DNA of 64,000 bases from Roseobacter sp. (GTDB lineage: Bacteria; Pseudomonadota; Alphaproteobacteria; Rhodobacterales; Rhodobacteraceae): assembly GCA_011050655.1 (NCBI GenBank), contig DRFG01000092.1, forward strand, positions 12,053-76,052, read 5' to 3'. The notes beneath the pieces are model-generated. The model saw only the letters and a program-made list of their open reading frames with translations. It had not been told where the DNA came from and searched no databases. The translations under genes were made by a program, and so were the position numbers. Below, in pieces: positions 56,358 through 64,000 of this stretch (the stretch's first letter is position 1; every line of letters begins with the position of its first letter).

Positions 56358-58532
56358 CTACACTTTGGAAACTATCAGACCAACAATGTCCGACAATAAG
56401 TGAAGTGCCAGTTTGGAGGAAGCTGCATCCAGCGCCCGAAGATCAGCCGTCAGATAAGGATGAAACTTCTCCGACATAAGGTTTCCGACACCTATAAAGA
56501 GATCAACCGCTTCGCCTGACGCAATCCTCTCCAATACCATTTGAAGAGGCGGTGTTTCATCGCCTCCTTCCACCTGTAAGAACCCATCGTATTGCTCTAC
56601 GGAAAACCCAAAACTTCTCAGCGCAAGCGCTAGGGTCGTCGTTTTCATAGTCCCTACCCGGGTTGCGATGATTGAGGTTTCTTCGCCCAAATTGACAAGC
56701 GACGCGTTAGCAAACCCCATCTGCGCATAGTTCAACCGCGCTTCCTCAAGCATTTCAAGCGCATTCGCGTCCATGTAGAGGGGTTTGGTATCAGCTTCCA
56801 ACACGTCGAACATGCGCTCGATTACCTCGTCATGGATTTCACCCGGATCTCCACCGAACACAGGCGGCACACCTGCTTTGGCAGGTTTGACCATAATTAC
56901 CTTTTCTCGGTCATGGATTTCCTGAACCAGCCAACGGCGTCCGGAAAAGATGAGCATCATCCCGGGTGAGAGGATGTTGTCGATTGGCAATGTCCCAAGA
57001 TCCCGTCCGTTTGAAACCAGCCTGTATTCTTCGGGCGTCTTGAACACCGCGTAAAAGCTATAATGCTCGACTAGCCGCTCTCCGTTTTGGCCCAAGAGTA
57101 ACAAACCACCGTCCGTTTGCTCTATCAAGCCCGTTTCAGGATGACCGAGCGCGCGCAGCACGTCAGTGAACATTGCTGGGGTGACCTGCCGAAACGGACC
57201 TTCCCGACACAGCACGCTGTATAGAATATTGGCTGGTGCCCCTCCCCTCTGCGCGATTACGGATAGGATCTGATGCACAAGTGTCGACAGATGCAGCGCT
57301 TGCGGCTTTGGTGGTTCGCACCAGCCCTCCAGCAACAGATCAATCATCGCAATAGACCGGATCAAGCCTAATCTCAGACGATCCACAAAGCTGCTATCCG
57401 AAGAGAGCCTCGTTTCTACCGCGTATTGTCGCAGGATCGCTGGCTGGCCCTCCCTACGTCCTGAACGTCCCAATCGCTGCCGCAGGGCTGCGACAGTGAA
57501 GGGTGCGCCGATTTGGGCGACACAGGTCACATCGCCGATGTCGATGCCAAGCTCTAGTGTGGACGTGCAGACAGCCGTAGTCGGTTTGCTGCTGTCTTTC
57601 AGACGCCGTTCAACAAAATCACGGTGGTCGCGTGAAAGGCTAGCATGGTGCGGATAAAACTCTTGGGGTAGATGCTCTTGCTCGCACAGATTGCGCAGTC
57701 GGTCAGCGTAAATTTCAACACGTTGACGGGCACCGGCAAACACAAGATTGTCGCTTCCCCGTAGATGCTCGAACAAATGCGCTGCGACGGCATCTGTGGC
57801 AGATGGGGTGTTGTCGTCTTCTCCTCCGGGAAGATATCCACGCAGCTGAAGTTTCAGTTCCGCTTCTCCGCCCTCTGCTTCGATCAATGTGACGTGTTCC
57901 GCATTGTCAGGCCGCAGGTAAGCGCGGGCGAGGTCCATATCCCCAAGCGTCGCAGATAGTCCAATCCGGCGGATGGGCCTTTTGATTGCCAACTCAAGAC
58001 GTGTCAGCAGCGACCGCAATTGCACCCCGCGCTCACTATCGAGCACAGTGTGCAACTCATCAATCACCACAGCTCGGGTTGCACCGAACAGGCGCGCGAT
58101 TTCCAGGCCCCGACGGACGAACAATGCCTCCAGCGATTCTGGCGTGATGAGCAAAATCCCTTTGGGATTTTTCATCGCGCGCGTTTTGACTGATTGCGAC
58201 ACATCGCCGTGCCACGGCACCACTGGAAGCTCCGCCTCTTGACAGATGCCTTCTAGCCGCCCCGCCTGATCCGTGATCAGCGCCTTGAGTGGCCCGATGT
58301 AAAGCACGTCGAACCCGCCGCCCTCTGCGGGTGCATCCAGCACCTGAGAAATCAATGGAAAAAATGCGGCCTCTGTTTTACCACCGGCGGTCGATGCCGC
58401 GACGATGAGATCGTTGTCAGTTTCGTAAATAGTCCGAATTGCACGCGCCTGAATGTCGCGCAGCTCACGCCAGCCCTGCTGTCTGATCCACTTCTGGACG
58501 GGGCGGGAAAGTTGGTCAAAGGCGCTACTCAT
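56358..58532 (-). CDS. sngC: Shango SF2 DEAD/DEAH (Lhr-like) helicase
   Basis: ASTAGGKTEA, ITPESLE, IDELH, GLSATL, HHASL, CTSTLELGIDIG, QRLGRSGRR. Third gene of the TerB-ATPase-helicase triad. Confidence 0.82.
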   Translation of the reverse strand: MSSAFDQLSRPVQKWIRQQGWRELRDIQARAIRTIYETDNDLIVAASTAGGKTEAAFFPLISQVLDAPAEGGGFDVLYIGPLKALITDQAGRLEGICQEAELPVVPWHGDVSQSVKTRAMKNPKGILLITPESLEALFVRRGLEIARLFGATRAVVIDELHTVLDSERGVQLRSLLTRLELAIKRPIRRIGLSATLGDMDLARAYLRPDNAEHVTLIEAEGGEAELKLQLRGYLPGGEDDNTPSATDAVAAHLFEHLRGSDNLVFAGARQRVEIYADRLRNLCEQEHLPQEFYPHHASLSRDHRDFVERRLKDSSKPTTAVCTSTLELGIDIGDVTCVAQIGAPFTVAALRQRLGRSGRREGQPAILRQYAVETRLSSDSSFVDRLRLGLIRSIAMIDLLLEGWCEPPKPQALHLSTLVHQILSVIAQRGGAPANILYSVLCREGPFRQVTPAMFTDVLRALGHPETGLIEQTDGGLLLLGQNGERLVEHYSFYAVFKTPEEYRLVSNGRDLGTLPIDNILSPGMMLIFSGRRWLVQEIHDREKVIMVKPAKAGVPPVFGGDPGEIHDEVIERMFDVLEADTKPLYMDANALEMLEEARLNYAQMGFANASLVNLGEETSIIATRVGTMKTTTLALALRSFGFSVEQYDGFLQVEGGDETPPLQMVLERIASGEAVDLFIGVGNLMSEKFHPYLTADLRALDAASSKLALHLLSDIVGLIVSKV

Positions 58533-58541
58533 CCTCGAGGC

Positions 58542-59849
58542 TCAGAGCTTGAAGCTGATCAAATCGTCGTCACCATTAGGTTGAGCACCAGTCGTTTCCT
58601 CTACTTCGCTCATATCCTCGCCTCGGTCTTCTGAGACGTCGATTTTCTCGATCAGGTCACTCCATTCAACGCCTGGATTTTGCTCCAGCACGGACAGCAA
58701 ATTCACAAAAGCAGTGACGGTATTGCGCGGCGTCCTGAAATAGGCTTCCCCAATCCGATCAGAGCAATGGTTCATAAAGGCTTCCAGCGCTGTATCCGGC
58801 AAGGCAGTTTCATCATCCTGCATCACGCGTCTGACATTGGCCAACAGAACAAACAGATCTTCCGGCGTCAGGCTGGCCAGCCGCACAACCGGCCCCGACA
58901 AATCGACGAGCCCATCGCGGGCGAAGGTGTTTTCTGCCAACCGCGATTGCAGGGCTTCATAGCTATAAAGCCCACGGCGTGTGTTCATCAAAAACTCTGG
59001 CGTGCCTCCCATGAGAAACCCAAGATTCTCGGCACTGCCCTGAAGTACGTCGTTCAGAATCCGAAGAATCTGCTCGTAGTTCGCATTGCGCGCTTGGGAC
59101 GATGTCAGCTTGAACAGGTTCACCATTTCATCAAGGCCGACAAGTAGCCCTTTGTAACCCGCCTCGCACACAAATGCCGACATCAGCTTGAGATGATCGT
59201 AAACGCTCGCATCATCGACAATCGTGCGCACGCCAAGTGCTTTGCGCGCATCCGTGCGGGTTGCGAATTCTCCCCTCAGCCAACGAAGTGCTGCCGACTT
59301 AAGTTCGTCATCCCCGTTTTCATGGCCTTCCCAATACCGGCGAATGACCTCTGCAAATTCAAAACCGCCAGTGAGTTCTTCAAAATGGCCCAAGCGCTCG
59401 CGAATGATGGTGCCCGTAGGCACATCTTTTTCCTCGGCGTCTCGGTGCGCTTGGCTGACAAACCGCTCAACCACACTGGCCAAAGCACCACCATCTGGCT
59501 TTGTGCGCGTTGACAGGTTGCGCGCCATCTCTGCGTAGAGGCCGCGCGCTTGCCCACCTGTCGCGTGAATACGCCGGTCGGGTGCAAGATCAGCGAACAT
59601 CACCACAAGCCCTTTTTCTAAAGCTACCAGACGGATCAGATTCATAAAGAAGGTTTTGCCAGACCCATATTCCCCGATAACAAAACGGATGGCGGCGCCG
59701 CCATCCGCGATGCGCTCCATGTCCTTCACAAGTTCTTCGATCTCACGAACGCGCCCTACCTGAATATGACGAAGGCCCAATTTTGGCACGACCCCTGCCC
59801 GCAACGCCTGAACAATTGCATCGCGCTCACGTGGCTTCAATTTAGACAT
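58542..59849 (-). CDS. sngB: Shango ATPase (DUF2791/BrxD-like)
   Basis: LRAGVVP, IGEYGSGKTF, GLLVGLDEMVNL, GGTPEF, YSYEALQSRL. Confidence 0.82.
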   Translation of the reverse strand: MSKLKPRERDAIVQALRAGVVPKLGLRHIQVGRVREIEELVKDMERIADGGAAIRFVIGEYGSGKTFFMNLIRLVALEKGLVVMFADLAPDRRIHATGGQARGLYAEMARNLSTRTKPDGGALASVVERFVSQAHRDAEEKDVPTGTIIRERLGHFEELTGGFEFAEVIRRYWEGHENGDDELKSAALRWLRGEFATRTDARKALGVRTIVDDASVYDHLKLMSAFVCEAGYKGLLVGLDEMVNLFKLTSSQARNANYEQILRILNDVLQGSAENLGFLMGGTPEFLMNTRRGLYSYEALQSRLAENTFARDGLVDLSGPVVRLASLTPEDLFVLLANVRRVMQDDETALPDTALEAFMNHCSDRIGEAYFRTPRNTVTAFVNLLSVLEQNPGVEWSDLIEKIDVSEDRGEDMSEVEETTGAQPNGDDDLISFKL

Positions 59850-62373
59850 GACGCCCCTCCCCTTCTAATTTTTGTTTTACCGCATCCGCAATTTCCGGAG
59901 ACACGTCATATCCATCATACTCGTCCAGCAAGGCTTCATCATGAGTTTCAAAGGCCCACTCGTTGACGGCCTCCAATGCACCAGACGGCATCAATCCATG
60001 CTTCCCACAAAGCTGTTCGAACGCGTCCTCGGTCCAGTTCTCTTGACCCACCAAATCCAACACCAGTGCCCCATGTTTTGCATCTAGCCCAGCAAACAGC
60101 GTTACATCCTTGGAGTCCCTGCCCTCTTCCGCTTCTTCCTCGGCTTCAAATATCTGCCCAAGGACAGAAGACACCCGCGCCGTATCTGATCTAATGGCCG
60201 CAATCCGTGATGCGTCCAGCACTGGCCCGGTTGCCTTTTGTAGTTCAGGAATGGCCTCTCCAGAATTGCCCGGCTGGGCCGCACGAACAGTGGGTGGCGC
60301 GTCTGCAATCTCTCCAGCGTGAAGGTCGGAATAGGCGAGTGATGGATCAAGGCCCAATGCCTTGTACACCTTTTCGATGCTGGCGACTTCTTCGGATTGG
60401 ATGACACCATCGGCGTGTGCCGCACCCACCAAGGCCGCACGCATCGCCGTTTGGTCTTCCACACCAACATCTTTGAGTTTGCGGCGCAGCAGCGTCATGT
60501 CAGGCGGCACGGCAAGGAACCAAACCATGTTTGCCTGAAGCCGGTGCCTTTCCTGCTCACTCAACTCCTCGACAGATGCAACTTGGGTCTCCAACGCTTT
60601 GCGTTCAGCTTCGGCGATACGCCCGTCAGCATGGGCAACAAACGAGGCAAGGGCCAACTCCATCAACGCGGTCTGATAGCTTACCGAAACATCTTCCAGC
60701 TTTTCGATCTGCTCGCCGAGATCAAACAAAACCACAGGCTCTTCCGGTTTCGGTGAACGCAGTGCAAAGCGAGGATCAGGTGCGAGCCCAAATCCAAGAC
60801 GCGCCAAAGCATCTGCCGCCCCTGTTAGCTGTCTCTTTCCAATTTTCGTACTGCGCTGTCCTTCGAGCTTCTCGATCACGTCGGCCAGCGGAATAAGTCC
60901 GCCGCTCTGCATGATCCCCCTCGCCCACTTCTTCAGCGCTTCCATTTCTGTCGACGGGAACAGAGTCCACAGATCTAGTGGCAAAAGGGCGTGCGCTTCG
61001 ATGCTTCCCCTGCCCTCGGGGTTCCGACCAAGGTAGCGGCTCAGCTTATCAAGGTCGTCTATAACTTCATCTGCAACTTCCTGCGCAATCTCGACCGGTT
61101 TTCGCAACCCAGAAATATCAGGAACGGGTTTGCCGTCGGCTGTCGGATTGATAGTCCCTTCGAACTCGCTTGAGGCTGCACGATACGTTGCTTTGAGGTG
61201 TTTGCGCGGCTTGCTGACCTTTAAGCCGTTGGGAAAACGATCGTCGAACCGGATCTTGAACAACGCCAGAAACTCTTCACGGCACCGCGTAGCGGGCGTG
61301 CGCAAATGGTTTTCTGGATGGCACATCAACCAGCTCAGAACCCAGTCTGCACTCAGGTTTTCTCCCTTATAAAGACGCGCGCCAATCGCATACTTCAGCG
61401 AAAAAGGAAGCTCCCAACCCTGGCGTTCAAAGATCGGCTCCAGCGCCTCAAACTTAGTTTCGGCAAGTGTCGCGATATCAAGAAATTCTCCCAAGTATCG
61501 CTTCACCGAATGGTTTTCGGGATAGACGGAAATCAATCTGCGAACTTCCGCAATGATATCCTTGGCATCAGCATTGGATTGATCGACGAAAAATCGACGT
61601 TCTAGCCCGTAAAAATACAAGAACATGTAGCCCGGATCATAGGATGGGTCAGAACGGCCACTTGCCAACCATTCAAGATAGGTCGCCCTGCTTCGTGCCG
61701 AAATATCAGAATACCCAGGCCAGTATGACATGCCCTCCCCTGCCCTATCGTCCCCTACCCTCGCGACGGAGAGAGAAGGGTCGATGTAGGCCCTGCATTT
61801 GTCGCGATAGCCATGGTGATTAAGCAATGGTGGCGTGCCGACATAGACCATTCCGCCAATATCTCGCGCAGCAACGGTCGCGGTCTCTGCCGCTGGTATC
61901 CAGCCATTTTTACGTGAATTCGTTTGCAGCTTGTGTGCTGTTGGCCGCGGGTTCTCATACCGCTTTGCAATTGCCGAAAGTGCTGGTGCCGCAGACTGGC
62001 CGGCACGCACGATTTCCGCGTAGTCCTGTTTTGGTGGTTTGGGCGGCGCTGTCGACGATGATTGAATAGCATTCGCTTCGCGAGTTCTCTCTCGCTCACG
62101 CTCGATGCGTTTGTCGTGTGCACTTACACGTGCGACTGGCTCGGATTGAGTTACTCTTGTGTTTGTGCTTTCCGCGGCAAGCACTTTGGCTTCCACTTTT
62201 CGGGATCGTCTCTTTTCTTGCCACCAGACCAAAACGATAGGTAACCCGAAGGCAAAGAGCATTTGACCGCCAACGGGCCAGCCTTGCAACACGGTCACTA
62301 CGGCAACCATGCACAACAAAAAATAGAGCGCGTAAAAAAATAGAATTCGAAAAAGCTTTAGTATTGATGACAT
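59842..62373 (-). CDS. sngA: Shango TerB-N/TerB/TerB-C protein with N-terminal membrane segments
   Basis: YWPGYSDI...RATYLEWLA, GYMFLYFYGLERR (TerB-N); AHADGRI and AAHADGVI (TerB); C-terminal VNEWAFE. Start trimmed to MSSILK. Confidence 0.8.
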   Translation of the reverse strand: MSSILKLFRILFFYALYFLLCMVAVVTVLQGWPVGGQMLFAFGLPIVLVWWQEKRRSRKVEAKVLAAESTNTRVTQSEPVARVSAHDKRIERERERTREANAIQSSSTAPPKPPKQDYAEIVRAGQSAAPALSAIAKRYENPRPTAHKLQTNSRKNGWIPAAETATVAARDIGGMVYVGTPPLLNHHGYRDKCRAYIDPSLSVARVGDDRAGEGMSYWPGYSDISARSRATYLEWLASGRSDPSYDPGYMFLYFYGLERRFFVDQSNADAKDIIAEVRRLISVYPENHSVKRYLGEFLDIATLAETKFEALEPIFERQGWELPFSLKYAIGARLYKGENLSADWVLSWLMCHPENHLRTPATRCREEFLALFKIRFDDRFPNGLKVSKPRKHLKATYRAASSEFEGTINPTADGKPVPDISGLRKPVEIAQEVADEVIDDLDKLSRYLGRNPEGRGSIEAHALLPLDLWTLFPSTEMEALKKWARGIMQSGGLIPLADVIEKLEGQRSTKIGKRQLTGAADALARLGFGLAPDPRFALRSPKPEEPVVLFDLGEQIEKLEDVSVSYQTALMELALASFVAHADGRIAEAERKALETQVASVEELSEQERHRLQANMVWFLAVPPDMTLLRRKLKDVGVEDQTAMRAALVGAAHADGVIQSEEVASIEKVYKALGLDPSLAYSDLHAGEIADAPPTVRAAQPGNSGEAIPELQKATGPVLDASRIAAIRSDTARVSSVLGQIFEAEEEAEEGRDSKDVTLFAGLDAKHGALVLDLVGQENWTEDAFEQLCGKHGLMPSGALEAVNEWAFETHDEALLDEYDGYDVSPEIADAVKQKLEGEGRHV

Positions 62374-62507
62374 TAACGAAACCCTCTTTCGGAACACACT
62401 AGATTGCGTGATTTGCGATGCAATCACTATCGCTTAGGTAGAGGTACAGTTTTCCTTTTAAATTCAGCGCTATCTCCTTGCTCTACCGAAGTACAAAGCC
62501 GCTATAC

Positions 62508-64000
62508 TTAGGTGAATGCCGCAACCCGCTCCCTGCAAAGGGCAACCATAGCATCTGCCCGCTCCTCGATATCACGGTCCACACCAGGAAGATCAGGCAG
62601 AGAAACGCCGTCTATGGCTTCAGCAAAGCGCTGCAAGAAATGATCAATCTCTTCGCCTACGCCGGTTGCAGCTAAACCGGCAATCGCCGCAACCTGCATG
62701 AAATCACGACGCCGCAACCGGTCATCTTTGCCGTTCAGCTTAAGGGCCATGCGATCATGTTCAAGGCTCGGGAAGACCCTGGTCGTTACCGCATCATAGA
62801 GCGGCGCGAGGCGGATTGTGCTGAAGCGGTCCGCAACAGGATCGGCAATCTTTAGGAGCGCTAAATTCTTCAGGTGCATATCGCCGTCGCCGATCAACCA
62901 AGCGAATAAGGCGCGCTTGATGACCAACAGAAGATCTTCCCCGGCAGATGTCGACAGCGGTCGAATAGCACGCGTTATCCTCTCGATTGTTCCATCATAT
63001 TTCGCATCGGGGGGCAGATCGAGGACCGAACAAAGATCCTCCAAAGCAAAGCGGCGTTCATCCTCTGGCGATGTGCGAATATCGAAACGCTCGACCAGTA
63101 AGGCAGGGGGCATGTCATCCGGCATTGCTACCAAAGCGATGTCAGGTGCCTCCAACCCTGAAGCACGGCCAAGAGTCATGGCAAGATACTCGATCACGGG
63201 AAGCGCCTGAAATCCGCTAGTTCCCGCCGGCTTCAAAATGTGAGTGAACGGCAAGCCCGCGCTCGGCGACAATTGGCCATCCTGCGCCAAATACATTGGC
63301 GCCTTGATCTGAACGCCAGATAGGCGCGGTGTGTCCGGCCTCTCATAAAGGCGCGCCAGCCCGGCCTCGAAATCTGCTTCAAGCTTGCCGCGCCCGGGGC
63401 CGGCATAGTTTCCGGTAAACACACCGTCGCGGGCATATCGGGACAACGACACGGATAGCATGTCTACGGGGAGCGATGCGAGCTCGGCTGCGTCTTCGCT
63501 GATCGTAATGTTGGACATATATCGTTTGCCCGAGCGCAGAACCGCACGCTCGTCATTGTCTTTGAGAACCTTCTCGAGCCATCCCTCGGGCAACAGTGAG
63601 AGGATGAAGGGGGGTAGCCTGCCAGGAACCCGCTGTTGCACGAGCGGCAAATTGAAATTGTCTTGTGGCTGCCATCGCCATTCAAAACCGTCATGACCCA
63701 GCTGACCGACGATTTGCCCATGCCAAGCAACCGAGAACGTCAGTGCTGCTTCGTTGCGAACATCCACCGCAACAGCAGAACGCAACAAATATCGCTCTGT
63801 ATGCTCCCCCTCGCGATACCATTTGTTTTCGCGCGCTAGCGCCCAAACCGCATCCGCCGCGGCAGACGGGCTGCCGTATTCTTCAATAAGACGCGCGGCG
63901 ATCTCGGTCCGCATCCCTTCATCAATCGCGCTGGCGTGCTCGCTGCGTTGCCGAAAGGCTTCAAGAAATCGCTGCCGCATCGACGAGACGGCGACTTTGA
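62508..64000 (-). CDS. hipA: HipA-family Ser/Thr kinase with N-terminal extension, 5'-truncated by the window edge
   Basis: LSGVQIK, HILKP, LLVERFD, GDGDMHLKNLAL, LAPLYD. The frame stays open to the window end (KVAVSS upstream of M at 63980). Confidence 0.85.
   Translation of the reverse strand, partial: KVAVSSMRQRFLEAFRQRSEHASAIDEGMRTEIAARLIEEYGSPSAAADAVWALARENKWYREGEHTERYLLRSAVAVDVRNEAALTFSVAWHGQIVGQLGHDGFEWRWQPQDNFNLPLVQQRVPGRLPPFILSLLPEGWLEKVLKDNDERAVLRSGKRYMSNITISEDAAELASLPVDMLSVSLSRYARDGVFTGNYAGPGRGKLEADFEAGLARLYERPDTPRLSGVQIKAPMYLAQDGQLSPSAGLPFTHILKPAGTSGFQALPVIEYLAMTLGRASGLEAPDIALVAMPDDMPPALLVERFDIRTSPEDERRFALEDLCSVLDLPPDAKYDGTIERITRAIRPLSTSAGEDLLLVIKRALFAWLIGDGDMHLKNLALLKIADPVADRFSTIRLAPLYDAVTTRVFPSLEHDRMALKLNGKDDRLRRRDFMQVAAIAGLAATGVGEEIDHFLQRFAEAIDGVSLPDLPGVDRDIEERADAMVALCRERVAAFT

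Noticed and set aside
54309-58532. Gabija (OLD nuclease plus helicase)
   Set aside because: The helicase is SF2 DEAD/Lhr-like (DELH, SAT), not UvrD-like GajB, and it is coupled to the TerB/ATPase genes.
56358-59849. BREX (BrxD-like ATPase plus helicase)
   Set aside because: No PglX, PglZ or BrxC in the window; the TerB-domain partner fits Shango.
59842-62373. Tellurite-resistance ter operon
   Set aside because: No terA/C/D/E/Z; the TerB domains are in the Shango arrangement.
62409-62427. Imperfect palindrome GTGATTTGC-GAT-GCAATCAC upstream of sngA as a WYL/CapW-type operator
   Set aside because: Single bulged copy and no such regulator in the window; insufficient evidence.
1-64000. CRISPR arrays, tRNA/rRNA, integrase, transposase, att sites
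   Set aside because: None were seen by eye on either strand; short or degenerate elements could have been missed without computation.

Overview
The window is GC-rich alphaproteobacterial-type DNA. A Rhodobacterales-like origin is inferred from gene content, not proven. It has three blocks. (1) ~1-40.5 kb is a large CoA-thioester catabolic island. It has six acyl-CoA dehydrogenase genes (one AliB-like, one PimCD-like pair), three crotonases, three hot-dog dehydratases, two CoA transferases, three acyl-CoA ligases, two biotin carboxylase alpha/beta pairs, an HMG-CoA-lyase-like and a citrate-synthase-fold lyase, FadH, BadH, a split B12-dependent acyl-CoA mutase with MeaB, and three TetR genes, one a tandem fusion. 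A palindrome CTAAC-N4-GTTAG recurs at several of its promoters. (2) ~40.7-45.7 kb is an HxlR-regulated redox/xenobiotic module (DoxX, DODA-type dioxygenase, NmrA-like reductase, GST, LLM oxidoreductase, luciferase-like protein). (3) ~45.8-64 kb is a compositionally mosaic defence island. It contains an orphan TrbM/KikA-like secreted protein, type I CBASS (Cap15 plus CD-NTase) followed by an unknown third gene, an Mre11/Rad50-like (YhaO/YhaN-type) pair, a stand-alone OLD-type ATPase-TOPRIM nuclease, Shango (sngABC) and an N-terminally extended HipA kinase cut by the window edge. The best leads are the mutase, whose active-site residues match none of MCM, ICM or HCM, and the unannotated gene coupled to CBASS. 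No rRNA, tRNA, CRISPR array, integrase or transposase was seen. All family calls come from motif recognition by eye; no database search was run.
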